A stretch of 64,000 bases of DNA. Origin: Felis catus (lineage: Eukaryota). The position numbers and the translations under genes were made by a program. Under the pieces are notes generated by a model. The model was not told the DNA's origin, did not search any database, and saw only the letters and a program-made list of their open reading frames with translations. Positions 37,219 to 49,012 of this stretch are shown piece after piece; the first letter of the stretch is position 1, and every line of letters starts with the position of its first letter. The stretch spans positions 81,656,001 through 81,720,000 of the forward strand of contig NC_058368.1 of NCBI RefSeq assembly GCF_018350175.1, in the 5' to 3' direction.

Positions 37219-37735
37219 CCTGGAGCACAGCCCACCCCACCTGGAGCACTGTCCACCCCAATAGGAGCACTGCCCACCCCACCTGGAGCACCGACCACCC
37301 CACCTGGAGCACAGCCCACCCCACTTGGAGCACCGACCACCCCACCTGGAGCACAGCCCACCCCACCTGGACCACAGCCCACCCCAGCAGGAGCACAGCC
37401 CACCCCACCTGGAGCACAGCTCACCCCGTCTTCCCTGTAGCACTGCTCACTCCACCTGGAGCACTACCCACCCCAACAGGAGCACTGCCCACCCCACCTG
37501 GAGCACTACCCACCCCAGCAGGAGCATAGCCCACCCCACCAGGAGCACAGCTCACCCTACCTGGAGCACAGCCCACCCCATCTGGAGCACAGCTCACCCC
37601 ACCTGGAGCACAGCCCACCCCACCCGGAGCACAGCTCACCCCCCCACTGGAGCACAGCCCACCCCACCTGGAGCACAGCTCACCCCAGTTGGAGCAGAGC
37701 CCACCCCGTCTGCCCTGGAGCACAGCCCACCCCAT
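37219..37735. repeat. 21-bp minisatellite (consensus GGAGCACAGCCCACCCCACCT), more than 20 copies
   Basis: Directly visible tandem array with single-base variants. Confidence 0.97.
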
Positions 37736-38769
37736 GGGGAAGATCATACTTCCTCCTCCTGGAATCACTGGTAGGTGTCACTGCCAGCTTCTGTGTCCAT
37801 GCAATTTATGACCCTCCTAAATGAAACTTGCTCTGAAGGTGGCCCAGCAATGACCTTTGGGAAGGACAGGACCATGGCTCGTCTGGAAATGGATCAAGGC
37901 AGAAGATGGGGAATTAAAACAGCCCAGTCTGGGCTTACATGGTGCCTGCTCCCCGAGATCAACCTTGAGAAAATCTCATTTTTCTGTTTCCCACGGCCCC
38001 TGAGGCTGGATGGTGCTCACTTCACGGTGGCCTCAGAACCCCTTTCCTGTGCTTCCTGGCTCACCGCTCTGTTCCTCGCACAGGGAGGGCAGATCTGTGC
38101 TGAGGATGAGGCTGGGACAGGGGGCCTGGGACAGAGCTGGGCAGGAGCCAACACCCGATAGCCACGGCAGGAAAATCCTTTTACTTTGGAATTGAAGCTC
38201 TGTGAGTTCCGTGAGGAATTCACATCTCCAATCACTACAAATGGGGGCACTTGTTCCTAAAGTAAGTTGTCCAGGTGACGTATTTTCAGAATTCGCAATG
38301 CGATAAGAACAGGAATTTCTTCTTTTGTTGATCTAAGTGTGTCACCTCCTATGTGGCCAGAGGAAGTTTTTCAACACAGAACTAGAAAAGATCAAGGACG
38401 ATAAGAAGAATGGCACTCAATCTACTCTTTGCCCGTATTTATTTATATATTCGTGTTTTCAGAGGGTCGGGCTCAGAAGAAAGGAAGAGCCACTGAGAGA
38501 AATGACGAAGGAGGAGGCTGGGCACAGGCTTCTCCAAGGGAGAAGGGAGGCCCGTCCGTGCCTGGCTGCTGGCTCCCTCCGCTCGCTTGGCCTCCTTTCC
38601 CTCCAGCGGCTTTGCCACCGGCATGGAGCCTGCACCTTGGGCTCCGACCGCTTCACGGGGAAGCTGGTGTTGATTTGTGTGAGTGATGTAATCTTACAGA
38701 AAAAGGTGTTACTGTGAAACGTCACTGTGGCTCCAATGACGATAAATGTTGACATTAAATTACCCTTTG

Positions 38770-38991
38770 GGGGTGCCTGGGTGGCTCAGTCAGTTAAGCG
38801 GCCAACTTCGGCTCAGGTCATGACCTTACTGTTCATGAGTTCGAGCCCCGCGTCAGGCTCTGTGCTGACAGCTCAGAGCCTGAAACCTGCTTCCAATTCA
38901 GGGTCTCCCTCTGTCTCTGCCCCTCCCCTGCTCATACTCTGTCTCTCTCTCTCAAAAATAAACATTTAAAAAAAGAAATAAAAATTAAAAA
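38770..38991 (+). mobile_element. Can-SINE
   Basis: TSD AAATTACCCTTTG at 38757-38769 and 38992-39004. Confidence 0.94.
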
Positions 38992-41199
38992 AAATTACCC
39001 TTTGAACTAGTGTATCGTACCCAACATATTCATAAAAAATGACTTTAATATTATGGATTCTGGCCATAAGTAAAAAATTCCAGCGTGAAGGATTTTCACC
39101 ATCAACCTGCCTCTGAAGAACTATCTTCTAGTGTCTTACGGAGTGTTTGTCACGAGGAATTCACATCAGGTTATTGTCCGCCCACCCCCCACCCCCCAGA
39201 GCTGTAAAGACATGCAGGGTGCTGCCACCTGGATACTAGGCTGTCGTCACGGGGGGCACGCAGTGCTGGGTGGGAAACTGAGTAGTCACTTAACACCCAG
39301 TACCACCTTCTTGTGCCGGCAGAAAGAAGAGATCATTAGAAAGACGGGAGGAAGGACTTTTGTCTACAAAATCCTGGGTTCCAGGAAGTGCCTCCGGCAG
39401 CATGAAGGCTATGAGCCAAGCTGTGGGGAGAATAACACCCCAGAACCAAACAAGCAGGAGAGCAGCAGCGGGCGAACAGAAGGTGCTTACCCACCCGCGC
39501 CCCTGCCTTCGGTCCCGCCCACGGCCCCAGCCTCCCAGGCGGGCTGGGGGCCGCTCTCAGGAGCAGAAGTGGAGCCCAGGGCAGGCGGGCGGGGGGGCCC
39601 AGGAGAACCAAGCCTTCTTTCTGGAAAACTGGGAGGAAGGATCCGGTGCGCTTGGCCCACATTAGCCCGCTGTCAACGCTTCGCCCCTTTGCGGTGACGT
39701 CTGTCTTCCCTTCTTCCTGCGTGTAAATACACGTCTGCTTCCCTCAACCCTCTGAGACTCAGCTGCATCTGTCACGGCCTCCACAGGTCCCATGTGCCCT
39801 CTAAACACTTCTTTAGACTAAGGATGCTGTAGCCTGTACTCCACGCTGACCGCTGACCCCGTGACGCCCTTCATCCTATGTTCCCGCGAGTACGTGACCT
39901 AGTCTAGGGCCACCCCTTGCCTGCACTGGGTTTTCTCGGTGGGTGTCCACCGGTCAGCCTTTGTCTGTCTGTCCGTATTTGCTCTCTTGACTCCCGGACC
40001 ACCTGTAGTGGAAGAGGCTCAGGGGTTTGGATGTGTGCGTGCGGGGGCCCCGCCGCTCTCGGGCTTCATCAGCCCCCCACGGTGGGTCTCCTAGCTCTTT
40101 CCTGGACCTCTGCAGGTTCTTTTACCTTCATAAGCCACTGGACACATGCCTGCAGGCCTAAGGGGCTCATCTCAGGCCCAGGCGGCCTCCTCACCTGCCT
40201 TTTCTCCCCGAGGTAGAAAGTGGCACCACCAGAACCCGATCAACAGGCGCAGAGGACGTTCGCAGCCACGTTGGGCCCCGCGGCTCAGCGTGCACGCTCC
40301 AGCCTGTGCACTTGTGCCTTGTGGCCGCTGACGAAGGTCCGTGGACCAGACTGCGGGGCGTCTGTGTCCAAAACCAGTTTTCGGGTGATTTTTAAGGAAT
40401 TCCAGGCTATCTGAAGTCTGGGCTAAATCCAGCTATCTCAGAATTTGAGATCTTCAAAGGAAAAACTGAAAGCCCTGAAAAGCATCATGGGTCATGGTAA
40501 CAGACACGAGAGACTTTTTAAAAATAGAGACATGTTAAGACCTGACATGTTTGAGCCGGCGGCTGACCTAGCCGGTACCCTTGCAGCAGGGGCTCCAGAC
40601 TGTCCTCTGCCCTCTCACTTTCCAACAGGAAATCGACGTCCCTCAAGGACAGGAACTTGCGTTTTCCCAAAGATGCTATTTTAGTTCTGTCCCGTCCCCA
40701 GCGTCTGTACCTCTATCCTGGTGGCTGTCACCCTGCTGCCGTCTGGTCCAGGCCATGCTCAGTGTGTTATTAGTTACACAGATCAACTAAGCGGACGGTC
40801 CAGAATTAGAAGAGCGGAGCTTCCCGTTGGAGACCGTGATGGCCGTGCCATCCAGAATCCAGAACGGGGACCCTGAGCTCAGGCAGAGGGGTGCAGGGTG
40901 GAGGTGGTGGAGGCTGGTGAACTGCCCTTGGGCCCTCCCCCCTCTGCTCAGCGCTTGGAGGTGGGTGGGCGGCACCCCTGCAGGGCTGAGCTCGTGGAGA
41001 TAAGAGCAGCCAGCGCTGACTGGGTTCTCTCCAAGGGCCAGACATGTCCCAACACGTTTAGTGCTTGTGGGAACCCTGCCAAGTGTGAACTAATGGTGAG
41101 TTACAGATGAGAAACCGGGCTCAGAACCGGGGTGTGAACCCCCACAGCCCTGCCCATGCACCGCACCACCACTGTCTGCGCCCCCCCCACCCCCGCCCC

Positions 41200-41308
41200 G
41201 GAGGTCAGGCCCTGGGAGGCCAGGCCCCAGGAGGTCAGACCCTGAGAGGTTAAGCCCCAGAGGTCAAGCCCCAGAGGTCAGACCCGGAGGTCAGGCCCTG
41301 CAGGGTCA
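41200..41308. repeat. 13-15-bp tandem repeat (GGAGGTCAGGCCCTG-like), 8 units
   Basis: Visible periodic AGGTCA cores. Confidence 0.85.
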
Positions 41309-43064
41309 TTAGAGCACTGCGTGTGCCCGGGGCCGGCACACAACTAAGGCCACCTGCTGTCATCTGCCTGTTTCCTGAGCTCTGTCACATTCTGCCCACT
41401 GTCCCCAGTGTGCTCCCCTGGGGCACCGAGAGGCCAGAGCTGTGGATGACAGGTGCCCAGGCGGGACCTCCATCCCTGGGTGGCCCCAGCCTCCCTGAGG
41501 CACAGGGCTCAGGGGCCCAGACCTGCCGTCCGCTGTCCGAAGTAAGGCCGGAGCCATGACATAACTCCTTCACTGGTCGCGGCAGGGACACTGCTATCCC
41601 AGCGGGAGCTTCAGCTTTTGAGATATGGGAAAGGGGCCAGAAGGAGAGCAGCTGAATCCGGGAAGCACCTGCAGCAGCCGGCCGTCACCTGGCAACGGAG
41701 GGAGATGCTGGGGGGAGCCCAGGTCTGGGAGGGGAGAGAGGGGAGGCAGAGGCCCAGCCTTGCCACTCCCCACCTGGGCCCAGAGAACCCCCGGCGGAGG
41801 AGTCTGGGGCCTTAAGGAGGAGTCTCTGGAGGCTTGATTAAATGAGCTTCCTTACTGCAGCACAGGCCTGCCAGCTCAGGGCTGCCTCACCGTGGACAGC
41901 TGGACGGTGACCGTCTCCCTGGAGGGACCGGCTGGATCCTGTGGGAGCTCTGGAAACATCTCACTCATTTACGGTGAAGAGAGGCCACCCCTCCAGCTTG
42001 CTCCCTGGCTCAGTGCCAGTCTTGGAGGAAACACAGAAAAGGGGGGACACCCAGTGATCCGCTCATCTGCCCCCCAACCTTCACTGCATCCCCAGGATGA
42101 TCCCAAGGCTCACATTCTGAGCAGGTGGCAAGTAAGAGTCTGAGTCTTCAGGTCTTTCCCCTGCAGCCTTAGCCATCAGGGGGGAGCTTCCAGAACAGAC
42201 CTGCCAGGACCCCCCGCAGGGTCTCCTTGGCGTCCACCCTCGCCCTGCTGCCCCCTTCCAGATCTGCATCCTGCCACCGAGGGTGGGAGCCTCCCAGAGG
42301 TTCAGTCAAGTACTGATTCAGTGAACCCCTACTGTGTACCCAACCCTGTGGGAGGCCCTCAGGCAGTGGTCCTCCGCTCTGACCACTTGTACACAAGGCC
42401 ATGCTTGCTCCTGCCCCAGACACTGCTGTGTAGGTCTGGCCGATGCCTGGCCCGGGCCTGTCAGCACCCCCAGTGATTCCCCCGGGGCAGCCAGCGTGGG
42501 GACCTGCTGTGCCCGGAGTATAGGCACTCAGACCCTCCCTGTGAGTGCTCCTGGTGTGGCCAGCTCTTCATCACCCCAGACATCAAGTGCCCTGTAAAGG
42601 GGGGGAAACTTTAGGGGGAAGGGGCCCCGAGAGTGCAGAGCATGTGAGCCCGAGGCGAACCCCACACTCTGCCTCTGAGGACTCTGTTCCCCATCGTCGG
42701 CCTCCTTTGTCGCTGAATCAGCACAGCGTGAAAATGCAGTCAGATCAATTAATTGCTACTTGACATTCTGGCCGCACAGGCAGGTGGCTTCATCCCATCA
42801 GATGCAGGGTCACGGCCACTTCAGACAAAACTGCCCACCCCCTTCTGCAGCCTCTACCTACACCGTGGGGTTCAGGACCCGAGGGTCCTCTGTCCTGTTC
42901 CTTAAAGCTTAGCCCGTTTGCCTCTCAAGGTGGTAAAAATTGGAGAAATTAGTTTTCTTTAGGGAGCAGTGAGTTGATAAGGCTTACTATGTTTACTTTC
43001 TCAAAGATGTTTCCATTCTGTTGGTGTTAGTATCATAAGCTTCACGGTGTCACGAACCTGCACT

Positions 43065-43460
43065 GTGTTGGGAGACCGTTCGCCACGAGGCTCGCCCCTC
43101 TGCATGTCCAGCCAGAGGGCACTCACTGCTCTTTGTCCCCGACCATAGTCCCCAGATGTCTGTATGACTAACGGCCTTGAAAGACAGAGAGGACGGCTCC
43201 CTCTGGACCCTGGGTAGCCGTGCGTCCTGCCTGTTGTAAAGGATTCAAAGTCCCCAAGTTCAGGGATCTTCTCTGTAAGGCACCCCACACGTGTGGCCCC
43301 CACCTGGCCCGTGTGTATCATCCCGTGGGACTTGAGGACAATTATGTCGGTGTCCCTACTGCCTGTTGTGACATGAGTAATAAGTCCTGTCCCCAACCCA
43401 GGAGCCTCCTGCCTCCTTCGCGCACCTGCACAACTGTGGCCAGCTGACGGGGCCGCCTGC
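43065..43460 (+). mobile_element. ERVL-type LTR (MER76/MER77-like)
   Basis: TGTGTTGGGAGAC...AGAGGGCACTCACTGCTCTTTGT...GGCCTTGAAAGACAGAGA...GTAATAAGTCCTGTC resembles this LTR group as recalled. Confidence 0.55.
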
Positions 43461-44119
43461 AACAGGAGGCAGTCCAGACTCCATCGGACGGGACAGTCGC
43501 ACAGTGGGCGGCCCCACGGCGGCCAGAACGACTGACCTACAGCAACACAGGGCGGCGGGTTGGAAAGGCCGTTTAACCCATGAACGTAGAAATGCTACAG
43601 CAAGTACACTGCTGTCGTTATGAAGGTAGAAACCACTGTGCTCACATACACACTTCCTAGGTGCACGTGTGGACGCACGACCACAGAAAGTTGACAGCAG
43701 GGGCCCACTGAACTTGCGATTTGGGCTGGCAGTTCCCTGGGACGGGGAGGGCTCACACGTCAAGGGAGGTCACTGTCAGAGTCCTGGCTTTTGTTTGCGG
43801 TGCTGGCTTTTTAGATGCTTATTGCATTTTCAAAAGTATAACCGGTAACCTCCTACCATCCACTGGCCGCTGAAGGAAGCGTGGAAAGAACCACAGATCA
43901 CGGTTAATCCAGTGTGTACATCTGAGAGTGGTGGGATAAATGGAGAGTTCAAGAATATATTAGTGCGTTAATGGATAGATGGATGGACAGATAAGTAATG
44001 GGATGAAGCTTGACCAAAGTACAATATCCTTCTCAGTGAAGTGATGTCTGGAAGACGAACGAACCATTGGCTTAAAGGAATTGAGAAGCAAAGCCACCTG
44101 GGGGATTTCTCTTACAGAA

Positions 44120-44340
44120 ATGCCTGTGGGCTGCTAGCAGGGGGCTGGGGGGGGGGGTGGGCTAAAGGGGTGACGGGCAATCAGGAGGGCGCTTGCTGGG
44201 ATGAGCACTGGGTGCTGTGTGCAAGTGAGGGATGCCGAATTCTGTTCCTGGAATGATTGCTACGTTATATGTTAACTAACTCGGCTTTAAATTTAGAGAA
44301 CAAAAGATTACTTAAAACAGAAAACAAACAACAAACAAAC
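44120..44340 (+). mobile_element. Carnivore L1 3'-end fragment
   Basis: G tract followed by GGAGGGCGCTTGCTGGGATGAGCACTGGGTG...TATATGTTAACTAACT and an A-rich tail. Confidence 0.8.
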
Positions 44341-45835
44341 GCCTCTGGTGGCAACAGCTCACACCAAAGATGCCAAGATAAGACACACTCAGGTCCCGGC
44401 CTGGGCACCCTTGAACTTTGCAGGGGGTCCAGGCAGACCACACACAGCATTACGAGAACCCGCAGCAGAGCACGCGCCCTGGCTTCTTCACCCCCTAAGG
44501 TCCCACAGGGGCCAAGGGTGCCGGGGAACAGCACCGAACCGCGACTCCTCATTCCTGCCCAGCGCTCCCTGCATGCGGGGGACACGTGTGCACTGCTTGC
44601 TGACGCTTGACCGAATTACAAGGCACCGGGGGGCAGTTCTGAGCCCCACCAGACCTGCGCCCGTGGCTGGACACCAGCCAGCCACAGTCCGCTGACAGCG
44701 AGGTGTCAGCCCCCGGTCGTGCTGTGTGTGTGGACGTCGTGCACAGGATCTGGTGCACAGCGGTTCTGGCCCCAGCACCTGCTGCCTGTGCTGATACCCC
44801 CAGCAGGGGGGTGGGGATAAGCTCAGTCGTCTGGGCCTCCAGGCCTCAGTCTCGCCTCCCAGTTAGTTTCCTTGAGGGGCAGAAGTGCCCTGGGCTGAGA
44901 AAGGCCTGTGTGATCCCAGGGCAAGTATTAGGTGGGGCCTTAAGAGTACCTGCAAGGAAACAAAATATTAATCACTGAAAAGTGTAATTCCAAGACCCAT
45001 GCCACTTGGGACCTTGCTGGGGATCTGCCCTTGATAAGCTTAGTGACCTTGGGGACGTCCCTCGACTTCTCTCATGTCCCCGCCAGTGAAGCGTGGAGGT
45101 CATAGTGGACCATCTCCCACAGGCCCTCCTTGTGTTGGAATGCTACAATCCTGCAGTTCTGTGCTCGACGCATTTCCTTGTGCAAACGCCAAGTCCTGTT
45201 TCCCGGCCCCTCGAAGAGGGGTCAGAAGACAGAGATCCCGTCTCCAGGGTGAGCAGCTGTCTCTCGTCTGTGTCCGCCCAGCAAGCACAGTCAGGACACC
45301 GAAGTTCTTCTCGGGGGGGGGGGGGGGGGCGGGGGTGGGGAGGGAGTGGTGCCCTCTGGTTAACGACACCATCACTTCCCCAGTCTAGGAAGATTCATTA
45401 GATAATGTCTGTGAAGTACGTGAGGTCATCGAAGGAAATTGCTCTATGAATCCAAGATATTAAAAATAGAAGTGAAAGCAGAGACATTTAAACTCAAGGA
45501 TAAAGATTTCCTGTGTGGCTCCATAAACCGTGGGCTCTGCGCAGAGCCCACGGCACTGCCGAGGGGAAGGGCAGCGTCTGTGTGGGAGGCTGCAGAGGCT
45601 GGGGTGGGAGGTCCGCACAGTGGGGAGATGTCAACCGTCCATAGGGAGCCCCACCCACAGACTCGATAAACGGGGCCACACAGTGTGCAGCTCGGCTGCC
45701 CCAACCGGGAGACGCGGCGACACGGAGCCGTGGAGAGAGGCAGCCATGCGAAGTGGGGGACGGGGTCCTAACCCTTCCCCGACCTTGAGTAAGTCACCCC
45801 CGTCCCTGAGGCTCGTCTTATTGAGGATGGGTTGA

Positions 45836-46090
45836 GGGGCGCCTTTCAGGGGCGCCTGGCTGGCTCAGTTGGCTAAGGGTCTGACTCTCCATCTCGGTCG
45901 GTTCAGCTCATGATCTCACGGTTGTGAGTTCAAGCCCCACGTCGGGCTCTGTGCTGACAGTGCAGAGACTGCCTGGGATTCTGCCTCCTCCTTGCCCCTC
46001 CCCTGCTCGCACTCTGTCTCTCTGTCTCTGTCTCTATCTCTCTCTCAAAATAAAAAAGTAAACATTAGAAAAAATAAAAATGAAATAAAG
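45836..46090 (+). mobile_element. Can-SINE with duplicated 5' end
   Basis: GGGGCGCCTTTCA-GGGGCGCCTGGCTGG head. ATGGGTTGA on both flanks. Confidence 0.9.
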
Positions 46091-48614
46091 AATGGGTTGA
46101 CCAGATAATTTCTTCGGTTCCTTTGAGTCTTGTGATGTGTTTGCAGCAACAATCTGCTCAAATCCCTGAAGCCTCTGGGGTCCAATTCCTCCTGCATGAG
46201 AGGCTGGGGCACATGGTGGCCAAGAACCTAGACCCCGGAGCAAGACTGCCTTGGTTTGAATCTCAGTTCTGCCATTTTTAAATATTTTCCCTCCACATCT
46301 TATTGTGAAAAACTTTTAAAGTCAGGAAATCCGAATGAATTTTTCAGTGAACACCCATATACCCACCACCTAGATGCTGTGTAGTCAACACTTTATCCAC
46401 ACCTGCTCGTCTGTCTAATCCTCTGTCCATCAGTCTGTCGTGTTCTTTACAGATTTCAGAATAAGCTGCAAATGTCAGTGCACTTTTGCTTCCTCTCGGT
46501 CCTGCAGCGTTTTAGCCGTGAGATCTTGGGTCAGTCGGGCTCTCTTCGCCTGTTCCCCACCCGTGAGACACGGCTGTATGTGGCCCGACCAGAATCGCCT
46601 TGTGGGGCAGTTAATGGACAAAAAGCACTTGGGGCCTGAGTGTTGGCCCTAAGTGTTGGCCGTCATTCCCGGAAAACGGAGACGTCGCAGGACTCACAGC
46701 CTCGCTCCAGAGCAAGTCTCTAGGCCAAGGTCTCTTCCCCAGAAGGACCAGAGTCGTACACATGGCATCTCACAAGCAGGACACAAGATTATGGAGAAAA
46801 CTTACGGGGGAGACTGTCCCTACGTGCCCAAGGAGCGCCGGGCAGGTGCAGGCGTGTCTGCTCTGGCCGTGCCGGGACTCGCCCTCCTCGGCCCCTGTGC
46901 AGCCGTGGACTGACGGCACCTGGCCTGCAGCCTCCCGTCACGTTATCCGTGACACCATCTGTGTCACCTTTTATTCATTGAATAGTTTCAACTTAGAGGG
47001 AGTTAGAAAGAAAATAACCCAGTGCCCAGATCTAACTATTTGCAAAATGTCTTTATTCCCCTGCTCTGTTCTTGGACGTGGTGGAAATCACCCCAAACAA
47101 CCCCGTTGAGCGACCGTGAAGAGTGAGGCTGTTCTCCCACACAGGGAACACTTGTCACACACAGAACTTCAGGGCATCTGAAGTCTGGCCGGCGTGAGCG
47201 CCTTCAGTTGTAGGACCCTCAGGGCTTATGCGTCCTATTTTGTTTGTGTCTCTCTTGCCTCTTTCAATCTAGACCCATCTCCCCAAGGAGGCGGGCCAGT
47301 TTCCAGGTAGAAAACCCCACATTCTGCATTTGTCTGATTGTTCCCTTCGGGGACGGGTGCTTTGCCTCCTTCTCCTGCATTTCCTGCAAACTGGAAGCAT
47401 CGGTTCGTTTTAATTTCCGGGGTTGGGTGTGAGAACGTGTGGTTATTTTTATTTTCTGATACCTGACGATTTTCTCCTTCCTCGTCCTGAGGAAATTCAG
47501 GTGAGAACAGACAATGGCAGACGGCAGGTGGATGGAGACACGTCTATTAACCCCTCCCCCTGCAAGAGTTGCTGAAGTCACGTGCTGCCCCTGGTTTTCT
47601 CCAGGGCGGATCTGCCTCTCGCTGCGGGGACTGCGGCCTCGGTGATCCCACCCGAAGTTTGTCCCGCCGCAATTCCGGAGCCCCTGGCCTCGTCGCAGGG
47701 TCACATGGTGTCTGCGATCCAGTTCTGGTTGGAGATGAGGCCCAAACGGTAATAAACTCAACACCGATTTCATTTTCGGGTAGAAAAGAATATTCCTGCA
47801 ACTTTTCTCTTCCGTAAAAGGCGTTTTTTCCTTTTGTCTATAGCTTCTTTTACAATGCTGATTCTGCTTTCTCGTTCTTCCCTGCCTCTCGACCCTGAAA
47901 ACCCGCAGAAGGGGACAGTTCGTGTGGACTGAGATCCCAAGTCTCTGCCTGGGCAGCAGCCCCGCCCCTCCTGCAAATCATTTACCGGGAAATTGGATTG
48001 GACTTTATCCAGAGTAACTTAATGCCCCTTGATGTGTCCTGTTTCACAACTGGACACATGTTCTTGCGTTTACAAGGAAGTCAGTAAACTGAATGGTACT
48101 TTTATGGAAATTTTGAATTTGCCTGTCATTGACACACTTTCCCTTGCACAAGGCTAAAACATAAATACGTTCTTCATTTAAAAATAAAGAATGATCCTAT
48201 TTAAAATTAGTAAAAAGTGACCCTCTGTAGGCCTGCAGTCTAACCGGCATGGCAGTGAAGGGAGGCTGTCCCGGAGTGTGACGCGGGCTTGTATCCGTGG
48301 GCTCACGGGGTCAGGGCCCGGACCAGATGCCGCCCACCTCCCCGGGTTCAGTCAGCAGGCAGCGTGGTGCCCAGAAACGGGGAATCAATCGTAAGACAGC
48401 CACACCATCCAAGGCAGAAGTCAATCAAACGACATTTCTTTTCTGGACTCCTGCTGCGCTGTCATTGTCCCCTAACCCACAGGCTCCAGGGTCACGCCCC
48501 TGAGAGCGGGGTCATTTTCCTCCCCAAGCTGTGTCCCCGGCTCCGACCACGCATCCCGCCCCGGGGATCCCATCTCTGATCTCTGATGTCAGGCTGGAAG
48601 GTGTGGTGGCCACA

Positions 48615-49012
48615 TGGGGTGGGGTACTGTCCCCCAAAGTCATGTCCGCCTGAGCCTGTGAATGTGACTTTATTTGGAGATAGGCTCTTTGCAGACACAA
48701 TCAAGTCACGATGAGGCCACACCCACCTGGGGAGGGTCCTCACCCATGGTGACTGGTGTCCTTTGAGAGGGAGGGAAGTCAACACACACGTGAAAGGTGA
48801 AGCCATGTGACGATGGAGGCAGAGACCGCAGGGCTGTGGCCACAGGTCCAGGACCGTCGCAGGAATCGGAGGGGCCGGGAAGGACTCTCCCGTGGAGCTT
48901 CCGAGGGGCTGTGGCCCTTCAGACCCCTTGTGTTTGCCTCCTGGTCTCCAGACTGGGAAGAGCGCCCTCCTAGTCTCTCTCTGCAACGGCAGGACACTCC
49001 AGGAGGCACCAA
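48615..49012 (+). mobile_element. MLT1 (ERVL-MaLR) LTR, MLT1B/C-like
   Basis: TGTCCCCCAAA...TGTGAATGTGACTTTATTTGGAGATAGG...GCCATGTGACGATGGAGGCAGAGA...CTCCAGACTG. Confidence 0.8.

Noticed and set aside
37101..37774. Repeat proteins (WSTAHPT)n and (PPGAQPT)n
   Set aside because: A 21-bp unit is a multiple of three and lacks stops, so ORFs arise in many frames. No supporting gene structure.
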